A DNA stretch of 64,000 nt, taken from Chitinophaga pinensis (GTDB lineage: Bacteria > Bacteroidota > Bacteroidia > Chitinophagales > CAIOSU01). The first letter of the stretch is position 1, and each line of letters begins with the position of its first letter. Of this stretch, positions 46,862-55,318 are shown piece after piece. A model generated the notes under the pieces. That model did no database searches and was not told the DNA's origin. It saw only the letters and a list, made by a program, of their open reading frames with translations. The stretch is from contig CAMDKI010000004.1 of assembly GCA_945901065.1 (NCBI GenBank), positions 29,166 to 93,165 of the forward strand, given 5' to 3'. Made by a program: the position numbers and the translations under genes.

Positions 46862-48142
46862 TTACCCCACCAACACCAGATAGTTATTCTTCTTACCATT
46901 CTGCACCCAAACGAGGCTATCGTTTATTAGGTCGCTGGAAGAAACAGTTTCGGTGTCGTTGGTTATCTTTTCGCTATTAATAGTTAGTGCATTGCCTTTA
47001 ATGGCCCGGCGTACATCGCTTTTGCTCGCGAAGACACCGGTTACATCTGTAAGGAAGTCAATGACACTGATACTATCGGTCAATTGGGCTTTCTCTATGT
47101 TAAACTGAGGCACCCCTTCAAAAACACTCAACAAATCGCGCAGCGAAAGGGATTGCAGTGTTTCTTTGGTGCCTTTGCCAAACAAAATGCTTGATGCCTT
47201 AATGGCGGTTTCCAAATCTGCTTGGCTGTGCACCATCACGGTTACCTCTTCGGCCAAGCGCTTTTGCAGCACGCGGCGGCCAGGGTCTTGGCGGTGCTCT
47301 TCAATCAATACCTCAATAGTAGGTCTGTCAAGGAAGGTGAAGATTTTAATGAACTTCTCAGCATCCTCATCACTTACATTCAACCAAAACTGATAAAAGC
47401 TATAAGGCGAAGTCATGTCTGCCGATAAGAACACGTTGCCTTTCTCGGTTTTGCCAAACTTAGTACCATCGGTTTTGGTAACTAGGGGAGAGGTAACCGC
47501 ATACACTTCGCCCCCTTCCATGCGCCGGATGAGCTCCACACCGCTTATTAGGTTGCCCCATTGGTCGCTACCACCCATTTGCAACAGGCAGTTGTGTTGC
47601 TTGTATAGCTGCACAAAATCGTATGCTTGAAGCAATTGGTAGCTAAACTCAGTGTAAGATATACCCGTTTCCATGCGGCTCTTTACCGAGTCCTTAGCCA
47701 TCATGTAATTTACAGTAAGGTGCTTGCCCACATCACGAAGAAAGGTAAGCACATTCATATCTTTATAAAAATCGTAGTTGTCAACCAAAATGGCCGGGTT
47801 TTTCTCGGTGTCAAAATCCAAGAAATGGCGCAACTGCGCTTCAACGTTTTTTTTGTTAATCTCCAGTTGGTCAAGCGATTGTAGGTTGCGCTCATCCGAT
47901 TTACCCGATGGGTCGCCCACCATGCCAGTAGCACCGCCTAGCACTGCAATTGGCTGGTGCCCTGCACGCTGAAAGTGCTTGAGTATAATGATTTGCACCA
48001 TATTGCCAATACCCAACGAAGGGGCCGTTGGGTCAAAACCAATATAGCCTTTAATTACTTCACCTTTATTCAATAAATCTTCAGTACCAGGTATATCTTG
48101 ATGAAACAGTCCACGCCATTTCAGCTCTTCTATGAAGTTCAT
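46862..48142 (-). CDS. tyrS: tyrosine--tRNA ligase (with a degenerate HIGH signature)
   Basis: Colinear with bacterial TyrRS. It has GGATGMVGDPSGKSDERNL, a KMSKS-equivalent KFGKT and a C-terminal S4-like domain. The HIGH position reads GIGN. Confidence 0.9.
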   Translation of the reverse strand: MNFIEELKWRGLFHQDIPGTEDLLNKGEVIKGYIGFDPTAPSLGIGNMVQIIILKHFQRAGHQPIAVLGGATGMVGDPSGKSDERNLQSLDQLEINKKNVEAQLRHFLDFDTEKNPAILVDNYDFYKDMNVLTFLRDVGKHLTVNYMMAKDSVKSRMETGISYTEFSYQLLQAYDFVQLYKQHNCLLQMGGSDQWGNLISGVELIRRMEGGEVYAVTSPLVTKTDGTKFGKTEKGNVFLSADMTSPYSFYQFWLNVSDEDAEKFIKIFTFLDRPTIEVLIEEHRQDPGRRVLQKRLAEEVTVMVHSQADLETAIKASSILFGKGTKETLQSLSLRDLLSVFEGVPQFNIEKAQLTDSISVIDFLTDVTGVFASKSDVRRAIKGNALTINSEKITNDTETVSSSDLINDSLVWVQNGKKNNYLVLVG

Positions 48143-48150
48143 GATTATTC

Positions 48151-48261
48151 AATTTGAAAATGAGTCAATTTGAAAATTTGAAAATGGTAAGAGCGCAAAT
48201 TTATAATGAATTATCAAGGATAACCCATTTTCAAATTAGCACATTCTCAAATTGGCAAATT
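48151..48261. repeat. AT-rich palindromic element (37/38-nt arms, 36-nt loop), same family as 15605..15697
   Basis: Left arm AATTTGAAAATGAGTCAATTTGAAAATTTGAAAATGG and right arm CCCATTTTCAAATTAGCACATTCTCAAATTGGCAAATT. It lies between the tyrS start and the stop codon of the upstream gene. Confidence 0.85.
48196..48203 (-). promoter_or_regulatory. candidate -7 promoter box (TAAATTTG on the minus strand) in the loop of the palindromic element, facing tyrS
   Basis: Exact TAnnTTTG match on the minus strand, about 54 nt upstream of the tyrS ATG. Confidence 0.3.
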
Positions 48262-48263
48262 AA

Positions 48264-49469
48264 TTACGCAAAGCGGCGCGCTACAATCCGGGCAAATTGT
48301 TTTTGTACAACATCTTTACCAGCCCAATTGTATTTGTGGTAAAGCTCATTGTTCATGTAAGCCTCTGCTTCAGGGAGGGTTTCAAACTGGTTTAGCTGCC
48401 TAATGGCACGGTCATAATAGTCGGCATCCCCACCAAACAATTCCTTGGTAAAAACATACCGCTCGCTAAGGTCAATCATTTCGCGCAAGTTTTTACGGTT
48501 CTGAAACAGGAACCTGCTGCCTAGGTCTTCCTTACTTTCGCGGCTGAACATGTCGTTTAATGAGCGTTTGCCTTCTGGCTCGGCTGTTTTAACATCGTTT
48601 GCTATTGGCGTTTCTGCAACCCACGGAGTAGTTTCAGGGCTTGCTACTGGTGCATAGGTTGTTTCGGGGGCGGTTTCTTCTTTTTCCACAAGCCCATCTT
48701 CCTTTACCTCTTCAATAGGTTGGTTCGGTGCATCAAACCCTGGGGCTTCAAAAAAAGATAGTATTGATGGTCGGGCTTCAACTTCGCCGGGCGCTTCTTC
48801 CATAGGTTGCGCTGCAACTAATTCCACTTCGGGCAATGACTCTATCGTAAGCTCGGTATAAATAACTTCCGCTACCGATGTTTCTAGCACTATTTCTTCA
48901 ATTAGTACAGGTTCAGTTGGTGCCTCGGCTTCTTCATCCTCTTCTGCAGTGTTGCTGGCTTTAAGGTATTCTTCGCTAGGCGCTACATCTTTTGCAGGGT
49001 CATACTCTGGTTGCTCCCAAGCCAATGTGTTCATCTCTTCTTTCTCAACAACGGGTTCTGCAATATTTGCCGTTTCGTTTGCTTCAGGTTCGGTATATGG
49101 TTCTGCAGGGTCAATCGACACCGATTCCTCGATATTTACCGCCACAACCAAAGGTTCTGGTATGTCAAGTAGCTCCTCCCGTTCGGTAAAGGCGCTTTTG
49201 GCTGCTGGTGCAGTTGCGGTTTCTACTGGGGTATCAAAACTCGGCAACGTACTCGACTCGTTTTGCGGCGCAGGAATACTAAACGAAGGCTTTGCCAATG
49301 GCATAATAGGCATAGCATCCGTAAGCTTCTCCAATTCGCGGAGATAGGAACGCAATAAATCAATCTCGACAGGGTGAATCTTATTGGTACCAGCCAATTT
49401 AATATTTAAATGGGCTATTTTTTCCAATAATTCGGCAATATCGTAGTGTATTTGGTCTTTTGGGTTCAT
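48264..49469 (-). CDS. hypothetical protein with an acidic Pro/Glu-rich central linker
   Basis: A 401-aa ORF. Structured N- and C-terminal regions are separated by a low-complexity E/P/A/T segment. Confidence 0.55.
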   Translation of the reverse strand: MNPKDQIHYDIAELLEKIAHLNIKLAGTNKIHPVEIDLLRSYLRELEKLTDAMPIMPLAKPSFSIPAPQNESSTLPSFDTPVETATAPAAKSAFTEREELLDIPEPLVVAVNIEESVSIDPAEPYTEPEANETANIAEPVVEKEEMNTLAWEQPEYDPAKDVAPSEEYLKASNTAEEDEEAEAPTEPVLIEEIVLETSVAEVIYTELTIESLPEVELVAAQPMEEAPGEVEARPSILSFFEAPGFDAPNQPIEEVKEDGLVEKEETAPETTYAPVASPETTPWVAETPIANDVKTAEPEGKRSLNDMFSRESKEDLGSRFLFQNRKNLREMIDLSERYVFTKELFGGDADYYDRAIRQLNQFETLPEAEAYMNNELYHKYNWAGKDVVQKQFARIVARRFA

Positions 49470-49506
49470 CTTTACAAGTACTATTTCTAATTAAGCTTTG
49501 AAATTA

Positions 49507-49514
49507 TAAATTTG
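49507..49514 (+). promoter_or_regulatory. candidate -7 promoter box (TAAATTTG)
   Basis: Exact TAnnTTTG match, 24 nt upstream of the tdk ATG. Confidence 0.4.
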
Positions 49515-49537
49515 GCATTAGCCCGCCAATTTTAATA

Positions 49538-50137
49538 ATGCACACTATGTTTACCGAACCACATAGCACCCGCGAACGAAAAGGATGGATAGAGGTCATT
49601 TGTGGCTCTATGTTTTCTGGTAAAACCGAAGAGTTGATACGCCGACTTCGCAGGGCTGAAATTGCCCAAAAACGGATTAGCATCTTCAAGCCTCGTATGG
49701 ATGTGCGCTACCATGATACGGATATCGTATCGCACAATGCAAATAACGTACCATCAATTCCGGTTAGCCATTCATCAGAAATACTGCTACTGGCTAACGA
49801 TGCCGAGGTAATAGCCATTGATGAGGCACAGTTTTTTGATGAAGGCATTTTAGAAGTAGTGCAGTTATTGTCGTCTCGTGGCATTAGGGTTATTGTTGGC
49901 GGTTTGGATATGGATTATTTAGGAAAACCTTTTGGCCCCATGCCCATGATTATGGCCGCTGCAGAGTATGTTACTAAACTGCACGCCATCTGCGTAGTGT
50001 GCGGAGATATTGCCTCGCACTCGTTTCGCACAGTTCCCGATTCGAAACAAATGTTGTTAGGCGAAACGGACTCTTACCAGGCGCGTTGCCGAATGTGTTT
50101 TGCTCAAGGTATGGCCAATGCAACCAAAAAGCCCTAA
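49538..50137 (+). CDS. tdk: thymidine kinase
   Basis: P-loop (GSMFSGKTEELIRR), DEAQFF, and zinc ribbon cysteines (CVVCG and CRMC). Confidence 0.9.
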   Translation: MHTMFTEPHSTRERKGWIEVICGSMFSGKTEELIRRLRRAEIAQKRISIFKPRMDVRYHDTDIVSHNANNVPSIPVSHSSEILLLANDAEVIAIDEAQFFDEGILEVVQLLSSRGIRVIVGGLDMDYLGKPFGPMPMIMAAAEYVTKLHAICVVCGDIASHSFRTVPDSKQMLLGETDSYQARCRMCFAQGMANATKKP

Positions 50138-50327
50138 GCGCACTCTATTGTTAAGAAACCAGTTTATTAAGTTTGTCAAATTATTACCATTTTATCCAGA
50201 AATGTTTTGCCTCTTTATTTGGAATACGATTATTAAATACTAGTTTTACGCCTTAGTACCCCCGATTTTTGTTTGTTAGTTATTATTGTCAAAAAAATCT
50301 TAAAAAACTTAAACTAATTGATCGCCC

Positions 50328-52337
50328 ATGAAAAGTTTAATCTTTACACTTTGCACGATCATCGGTTTTCAGGTTGCTTATGCGCAGGTGCCTCTTTCGG
50401 CTACACTTCCTGCAATTAACAAAACCTTTCCGGTGACACAAAACATGCTTCGCCATGGCCAAGGTGGCCAAGCTGGAGGGCAGCGTGGAGTAACCCAATT
50501 TAACATCGATTACAGCAATTTGGAGTCGGTACGTGGTGGTGACGTTTTATACACTCCTTGGGAGTTGAACGGCAACTACCGTGTGAATCCAATTACGCAA
50601 CCCTCTGACACTGAAGACAACTTTACCCTTCGTTGGACCTCGGTTAAGTTTGATAGTATTGTTGATACCGACAATGATGTGTCTTACAACAAATTCTCTT
50701 TCAACAGCCTAACCGTTGATAGCATTTTCTTCTTCTTCACTCACACCAACACTAGCGGTACCAACGATACGTTGATATTGACTATGTTTGAAGCTAGCAG
50801 CACTCCGTCAGGTTTGACTTTTGCAGCTGGTGGTGGTAACGTGAACAATACCAACATTGTAGCTACAAACAACGTTTTGTGGACTGATACCATTATCACT
50901 GACCAATCATTGTCTACTAATACCCCATTTGATGGTGCTGCTATTGAAGTGCTTGACCCTCAAGGAAACCCTGTTGTGGTTCCACAAGGTAAAGGTTTCG
51001 TAGTTCGTATCGACTATTTTGGACCAAAACAAGATTTGTTTGAAGTAATCGACTTCAACCGTTACGATTGTGGCGCACCACCAGATGAGTATGCTAGCGA
51101 TGCTTACATCACTAACACCACCCGTTGGTTTAACCTTTATTTGAGCGCTCAACAAGATTTCCGTGGAACTGGTGCATTGTTCTTGCAAGCTACTGCTGGT
51201 TGCGATAACTACTTCTTCCAAAACATGGGTATCGGCGCAGTAGTATCTGTTGATGCTCCCCTTACTGCTAGGGCAACTGCTTCTGAAACTGTTGCTTGTC
51301 CAGGTGCTTTTGTTACTTTGAACTCTGGCGCAAGCGGTGGTTCTGGCGACTTCTCTTACACTTGGAGCGGAAACGGTAACTTTACTTCTCCAAACTCTAC
51401 TTCTACTAGTGTTTCATTGCCTAGCGGTAACGGACCTGAAACTTACACTGTAACTGTGGTTGACAACATTGAAAACACTACTGTAACTAGCTCTGTAAAC
51501 GTAACAGTTCGTGGTGTAGTGGTGAATCTTGGTAACGACACTACTTTGAGCTGCGGCGATAGCCTTTTGGTAGCTGCTGCTACTACTGGTTTTCTTAACG
51601 GTTCTCAGTTTTTGTGGAGTGCTAGTGCAAACAATGCAACTACTCAATCGGTGTTTGTGAAAGGTGGTGCTACTTACAGTGTAACTGTAACTAACAACGC
51701 TGGTTGCACAGCTACCGACTCTAAAGTAGTTGGTTTGGACGTGAACCAAACGGTTTCTTTCACAGCTAGCACTTTTTATAACGGTTCAGCAACTCCAGGG
51801 TTGCTTTCTCAAAACCGTGCTTGCCAAAGTGCTTCTATACTGTTTGACAATACATCTACTGATGTATCTTCAGCTTGGTCATTTGAGTGGAATTATGGCG
51901 ACCAAAGTGGAAGTGTGAATGTTGATGGTACCAAAACCTACAGCACTACTGGTGTATATACAGTTACTTTGACTGCTAGCGATGCTTCTGGTTGTGTAAT
52001 TACTTCTGCTCCATTGCAAATTCAAGTATTGCCAACTAACCACCCATTGTGTGTGATAAATAGTATTGAAGAAGTTAAATTGTTGTCTAACATTAGCTTG
52101 TTCCCTAACCCTAACAATGGTTCGTTTACCGTTGATATGAGCCAAGTAACTGCTACTGATGCAAGCATTATGGTTGTTGATTTGATGGGTAAAGTAGTTG
52201 CTAACACCAACACTTTCTCTACCACAGCAAACCCAGTTCAAACTATTGACTTGAACACTGCTGCAAACGGTATCTACTTCGTTCGCATTACTGCAAACGG
52301 TGTAACTGCTACAAGCAAAATCACTGTAGCTAAGTAA
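50328..52337 (+). CDS. secreted repeat protein with Ig-like/PKD modules and a T9SS C-terminal sorting domain
   Basis: Signal peptide, a PKD-like motif (WNYGDQSGS...YSTTGVYTVTLTASDASGC) and a CTD (SLFPNPNNGSFTV...GIYFVRITANGVTATSKITVAK). Confidence 0.75.
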   Translation: MKSLIFTLCTIIGFQVAYAQVPLSATLPAINKTFPVTQNMLRHGQGGQAGGQRGVTQFNIDYSNLESVRGGDVLYTPWELNGNYRVNPITQPSDTEDNFTLRWTSVKFDSIVDTDNDVSYNKFSFNSLTVDSIFFFFTHTNTSGTNDTLILTMFEASSTPSGLTFAAGGGNVNNTNIVATNNVLWTDTIITDQSLSTNTPFDGAAIEVLDPQGNPVVVPQGKGFVVRIDYFGPKQDLFEVIDFNRYDCGAPPDEYASDAYITNTTRWFNLYLSAQQDFRGTGALFLQATAGCDNYFFQNMGIGAVVSVDAPLTARATASETVACPGAFVTLNSGASGGSGDFSYTWSGNGNFTSPNSTSTSVSLPSGNGPETYTVTVVDNIENTTVTSSVNVTVRGVVVNLGNDTTLSCGDSLLVAAATTGFLNGSQFLWSASANNATTQSVFVKGGATYSVTVTNNAGCTATDSKVVGLDVNQTVSFTASTFYNGSATPGLLSQNRACQSASILFDNTSTDVSSAWSFEWNYGDQSGSVNVDGTKTYSTTGVYTVTLTASDASGCVITSAPLQIQVLPTNHPLCVINSIEEVKLLSNISLFPNPNNGSFTVDMSQVTATDASIMVVDLMGKVVANTNTFSTTANPVQTIDLNTAANGIYFVRITANGVTATSKITVAK

Positions 52338-52360
52338 TAGCTCTAACATTAATACTTAAA

Positions 52361-52399
52361 CGCCCTCTTCGGTTTTCCGGAGAGGGCGTTTTGTTTTTT
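52361..52399 (+). terminator. rho-independent terminator
   Basis: CGCCCTCT-tcggttttccgg-AGAGGGCG followed by a T-rich tract. Confidence 0.8.
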
Positions 52400-52465
52400 G
52401 TAGGTATTTCTTCAATTATTGGTGGTAAAGGTTGAAAAAGCATTTGCCTAACCTATATCATGTTA

Positions 52466-52504
52466 ATAAAAAAAGAGGTCGCCTCAATTACGAGACAACC
52501 TCTT
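52466..52504 (-). terminator. rho-independent terminator downstream of the tRNA-like element
   Basis: The minus strand reads AAGAGGTTGTCTCGTAATTGAGGCGACCTCTT followed by T7. Confidence 0.7.
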
Positions 52505-52514
52505 TTGTGTAGTG

Positions 52515-52588
52515 TGGAGAATATCGGAGTCGAACCGATGACCTTCCCGCTTTACGCGGGACGCTCTAGCCAACTGAGCTAATCAATC
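52515..52588 (-). pseudogene. tRNA-like element / decayed tRNA copy
   Basis: The D-arm, T-arm and 3' acceptor strand match the tRNA-Ala at 52859..52932, and the 3' 30 nt are identical. The 5' acceptor strand GATTGAT cannot pair with ATTCTCC (3 mismatches). The anticodon arm is a 6-bp stem with a GUAAA pentaloop and has no canonical 7-nt loop. Confidence 0.6.
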
Positions 52589-52817
52589 GCTCAATGAATA
52601 TTCGGCTTTTCTTTTTCTTTATTTCTATTTCATGGTTAGTGGCCCCGGCCTTATTGTGAAATTCCTTTAGGTACTTCAATTCCCAATCATTAGCTTGCTT
52701 GGTGCTTTTGCTACCCGAATTATTGTGACGGTATAACCTATCTTCCACATCGCCAGTATGGCCGATATAGTAACGGTCCTGTAACACAGAGTAAATGATG
52801 TAGGTATAATAGTGCAT
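52566..52817 (-). CDS. GIY-YIG nuclease-domain protein (small, stand-alone)
   Basis: YTYIIYS...RYYIGHTGDVEDRLYRHN is the GIY-YIG signature. The track start at 52823 is a TTG, so I prefer the ATG at 52817. The last 8 codons read into the tRNA-like element. Confidence 0.8.
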   Translation of the reverse strand: MHYYTYIIYSVLQDRYYIGHTGDVEDRLYRHNNSGSKSTKQANDWELKYLKEFHNKAGATNHEIEIKKKKSRIFIERLISSVG

Positions 52818-52820
52818 AAA

Positions 52821-52857
52821 CAAAAAGAGGTTGCTCTAAATAAAAGAACAACCTCTT
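52821..52857 (-). terminator. weak terminator / processing hairpin directly 3' of tRNA-Ala
   Basis: The minus strand reads AAGAGGTTG-ttcttttatttagag-CAACCTCTT followed by TTTTG. It is homologous to the hairpin at 52466..52504. Confidence 0.5.
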
Positions 52858-52858
52858 G

Positions 52859-52932
<74 letters not shown>

Positions 52933-53029
52933 TTGGGATAATTGCTAGGCTGCAAAGGTAAATAAAAGCTATCCTAATTTTTAATCTTCAGCGAAACAAT
53001 CTTCGATAAAATTAAAACTAGCGAATTCG

Positions 53030-54529
53030 TTACTCCATACCCAATGCCTTCTTCTTTTTTCCTTCCTTTTCCTCCGATTTTTTGCGCTCTTCAAGGCTGC
53101 ATGGGTAGTCGAAAAGGCACTTGCTCTTGATAATGTCTTCTACGTTTTCCGGTACCATATCTTCCCAACCAGGTTCGGCAGCTTTAATCATAGCAAGTGC
53201 TTTGTCAGATATGATATGCAATACACTTAAGTCGACATTTTCAATATCCCCAATCTTATTGTTGGCTTGTAAGTGACGATAAAGGTGCGCTAAATCATCT
53301 GGAACAGGGAAGTTTTTAGAAGTAACCAGCTCATCAGTATCATGCTCGTGCGCTGGGTAAACATACATTTTCACGTTGTTGCCAAACAGAATGCCAAACG
53401 ACTCTAAAATATTGCCTTTCAAATCGCCATAATACTTGCTGTCGAATAGCTTATGGAGCGTAAGTGAGCCGAGTATAATGCCCACCCTCTTGGTTTTGGT
53501 AATGCGCGAGAAATAATGAACTAGCTTATAATATTCCCTAAACGTTGAAATCATAACGGTTTGGCCCAGCGAACAAAGAATATCAACCCGATCTAGGAAA
53601 TCCTTCTCATCTATCGCCCCGCCGGCATTAAGTGCATTTAAGGTAAGTTCGCTTATTACAATAGTTTCGTCTTTTTCAACTTCAGGCTCGTGCAAAAATT
53701 GATCGAGACCTTTGGTAAGCATATCCATGTTTACCTTGGTTACTGGGCGGAAACGGCCGCGTAATACCAAAACATTCTTTTTGTACAGCACTTCGGAGGC
53801 CTGTAAAACATTGCCTTGTGGGCCAAACATGGTGGCATTAGTCAATCCGCTTTTTACCAATTTTAAGGCCATCAAGCGGTTGTCAATATCCTTGAAATCT
53901 GGGCCAGAAATGCGGAACATGTCTATTTCGATGCGACCCGGTATTAAGTTATCAACCAGCGAGTTTATGAACTGGTCGGGGTCATTATGGTGATAATGAC
54001 ATCCGTAAAGCAAATTAACACCAACCACACCAATAGCTTGTTGTTGGTCGAGGCCATCTACGTCGTGCATCACTACATGTATGATGCAATCGTTTGGTGG
54101 GCTATCGGGGTGCAACTGAAAGCGCAGGCCCAACCAACCATGTCCTCTGTTGGTGCGCTGGTAGTTTAGCGTCTCAACGGTATCGGCCATGGCAAAAAAC
54201 TTGGTCGATTTTTTTCTTTTAGATAACCGAAGGTGCAGCAACTTATACTCGCGCTCTAGCATGGTATCTAGTCGGTCTTCGCAAACGTAACGCTTGCACT
54301 TGCCATATATGGCATCGCTAAAACTCATATCGTATGCCGACATGGTTTTGGCCACTGTGCCCGATGCTGCGCCGGCTTTAAAAAAGTTGGCTGCAATTTC
54401 TTGCCCAGCACCAATTTCGGCGAACGAGCCGTAAATATCGAGATTCAGGTTTATGCGCAGGGCTTTCTCCTTGGTGGTAAGCGTACGGAAATTAGTATCG
54501 TTATAGTTCATAGTATCTAAATCTATCAA
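53030..54529 (-). CDS. conserved hypothetical protein (499 aa) translationally coupled to miaE
   Basis: Long ORF with a conserved-looking N-terminus (FAEIGAGQEIAANFFKAGAASGTVAKTMSAYDMSFSD). It has a 4-nt ATGA overlap with miaE. I cannot assign a family. Confidence 0.6.
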   Translation of the reverse strand: MIDLDTMNYNDTNFRTLTTKEKALRINLNLDIYGSFAEIGAGQEIAANFFKAGAASGTVAKTMSAYDMSFSDAIYGKCKRYVCEDRLDTMLEREYKLLHLRLSKRKKSTKFFAMADTVETLNYQRTNRGHGWLGLRFQLHPDSPPNDCIIHVVMHDVDGLDQQQAIGVVGVNLLYGCHYHHNDPDQFINSLVDNLIPGRIEIDMFRISGPDFKDIDNRLMALKLVKSGLTNATMFGPQGNVLQASEVLYKKNVLVLRGRFRPVTKVNMDMLTKGLDQFLHEPEVEKDETIVISELTLNALNAGGAIDEKDFLDRVDILCSLGQTVMISTFREYYKLVHYFSRITKTKRVGIILGSLTLHKLFDSKYYGDLKGNILESFGILFGNNVKMYVYPAHEHDTDELVTSKNFPVPDDLAHLYRHLQANNKIGDIENVDLSVLHIISDKALAMIKAAEPGWEDMVPENVEDIIKSKCLFDYPCSLEERKKSEEKEGKKKKALGME

Positions 54530-55107
54530 TGCACTCTATCGCCACGTAGTTCCAAATTCTTCATTATTTCTGCCTCGGCGGTTAAGTATTCTTGCCAGCG
54601 CGCCTTAACAATGTCTTCGGGCATATACTCGCGTGCCAAGTCCAAAAACAAACGGTAGTGGTTGGCCTCGGCCACCATAAAAGTATGGTAAAACTTACGC
54701 AACTCCTCCGATTCGAGTTCAATGCTCAACACTCTGAAACGCTCACAGCTGCGCGCCTCTATTAAAGCAAAACGTAACAATTCTTCTAGTAAACGCTCAT
54801 TTTGGTCGTCGCTTTTTTTCTCCAGCTTGCGCAACTCATGCACATATTCGTCTTTGCGTTTGTGCCCTAGCTTTAGTCCGCGGTCCTTAAGGGCTTTGAG
54901 TACCATCCTAAAATGGCCCCACTCTTCGGTAACTATTGGTGCTAGGTCATCCACCAAACGTTCCCATTGCGGGTAGCGTGCAATAAGCGATATACAGCTA
55001 AGGGCGGCCTTTTGTTCGCAATAGGCGTGGTCGGTAAGCACTTCTTCCAAACTATGTTCGGCCAAGTTGGCCCATCTAGGGTCGGTAGGTAATTTTAAGC
55101 CCAGCAT
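54526..55107 (-). CDS. miaE: tRNA-(ms2io6A37)-hydroxylase, ferritin-like di-iron (MiaE family)
   Basis: N-terminus LPTDPRWANLAEHSLEEVLTDHAYCEQKAA and paired ExxH-type motifs (EEWGHF and EARSCERF/EANHY). Size is 193 aa. Confidence 0.75.
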   Translation of the reverse strand: MLGLKLPTDPRWANLAEHSLEEVLTDHAYCEQKAALSCISLIARYPQWERLVDDLAPIVTEEWGHFRMVLKALKDRGLKLGHKRKDEYVHELRKLEKKSDDQNERLLEELLRFALIEARSCERFRVLSIELESEELRKFYHTFMVAEANHYRLFLDLAREYMPEDIVKARWQEYLTAEAEIMKNLELRGDRVH

Positions 55108-55318
55108 GTGCTTTGGTTGTTATCTAACAAAGGTAGGGAAAAATGGGGGAGTGGGGAAGTGCAATATTTATGTATTGTTTGCTGAATGAGGCTCTATGAC
55201 TAATGATTAGAGGCAAAGGATGATACATTAACAAGAATTCGCAAAAAATAATCGCTGGCAATACAAGTAACAATTGCTAACAAGAATGGGATTAACTTAA
55301 AGTGCACGATTTAACCCA

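Noticed and set aside
48143-48263. A T-box or other known riboswitch upstream of tyrS
   Set aside because: There is no specifier or T-box consensus. The sequence is the AT-rich palindromic repeat that is also found at 15605..15697, in a context unrelated to any aminoacyl-tRNA synthetase gene.
51879-52349. A 156-aa minus-strand ORF, plus those at 50907..51221 and 51414..51749
   Set aside because: They are shadow frames inside the T9SS repeat-protein gene and are Ser/Thr/Val-rich because of the repeat composition.
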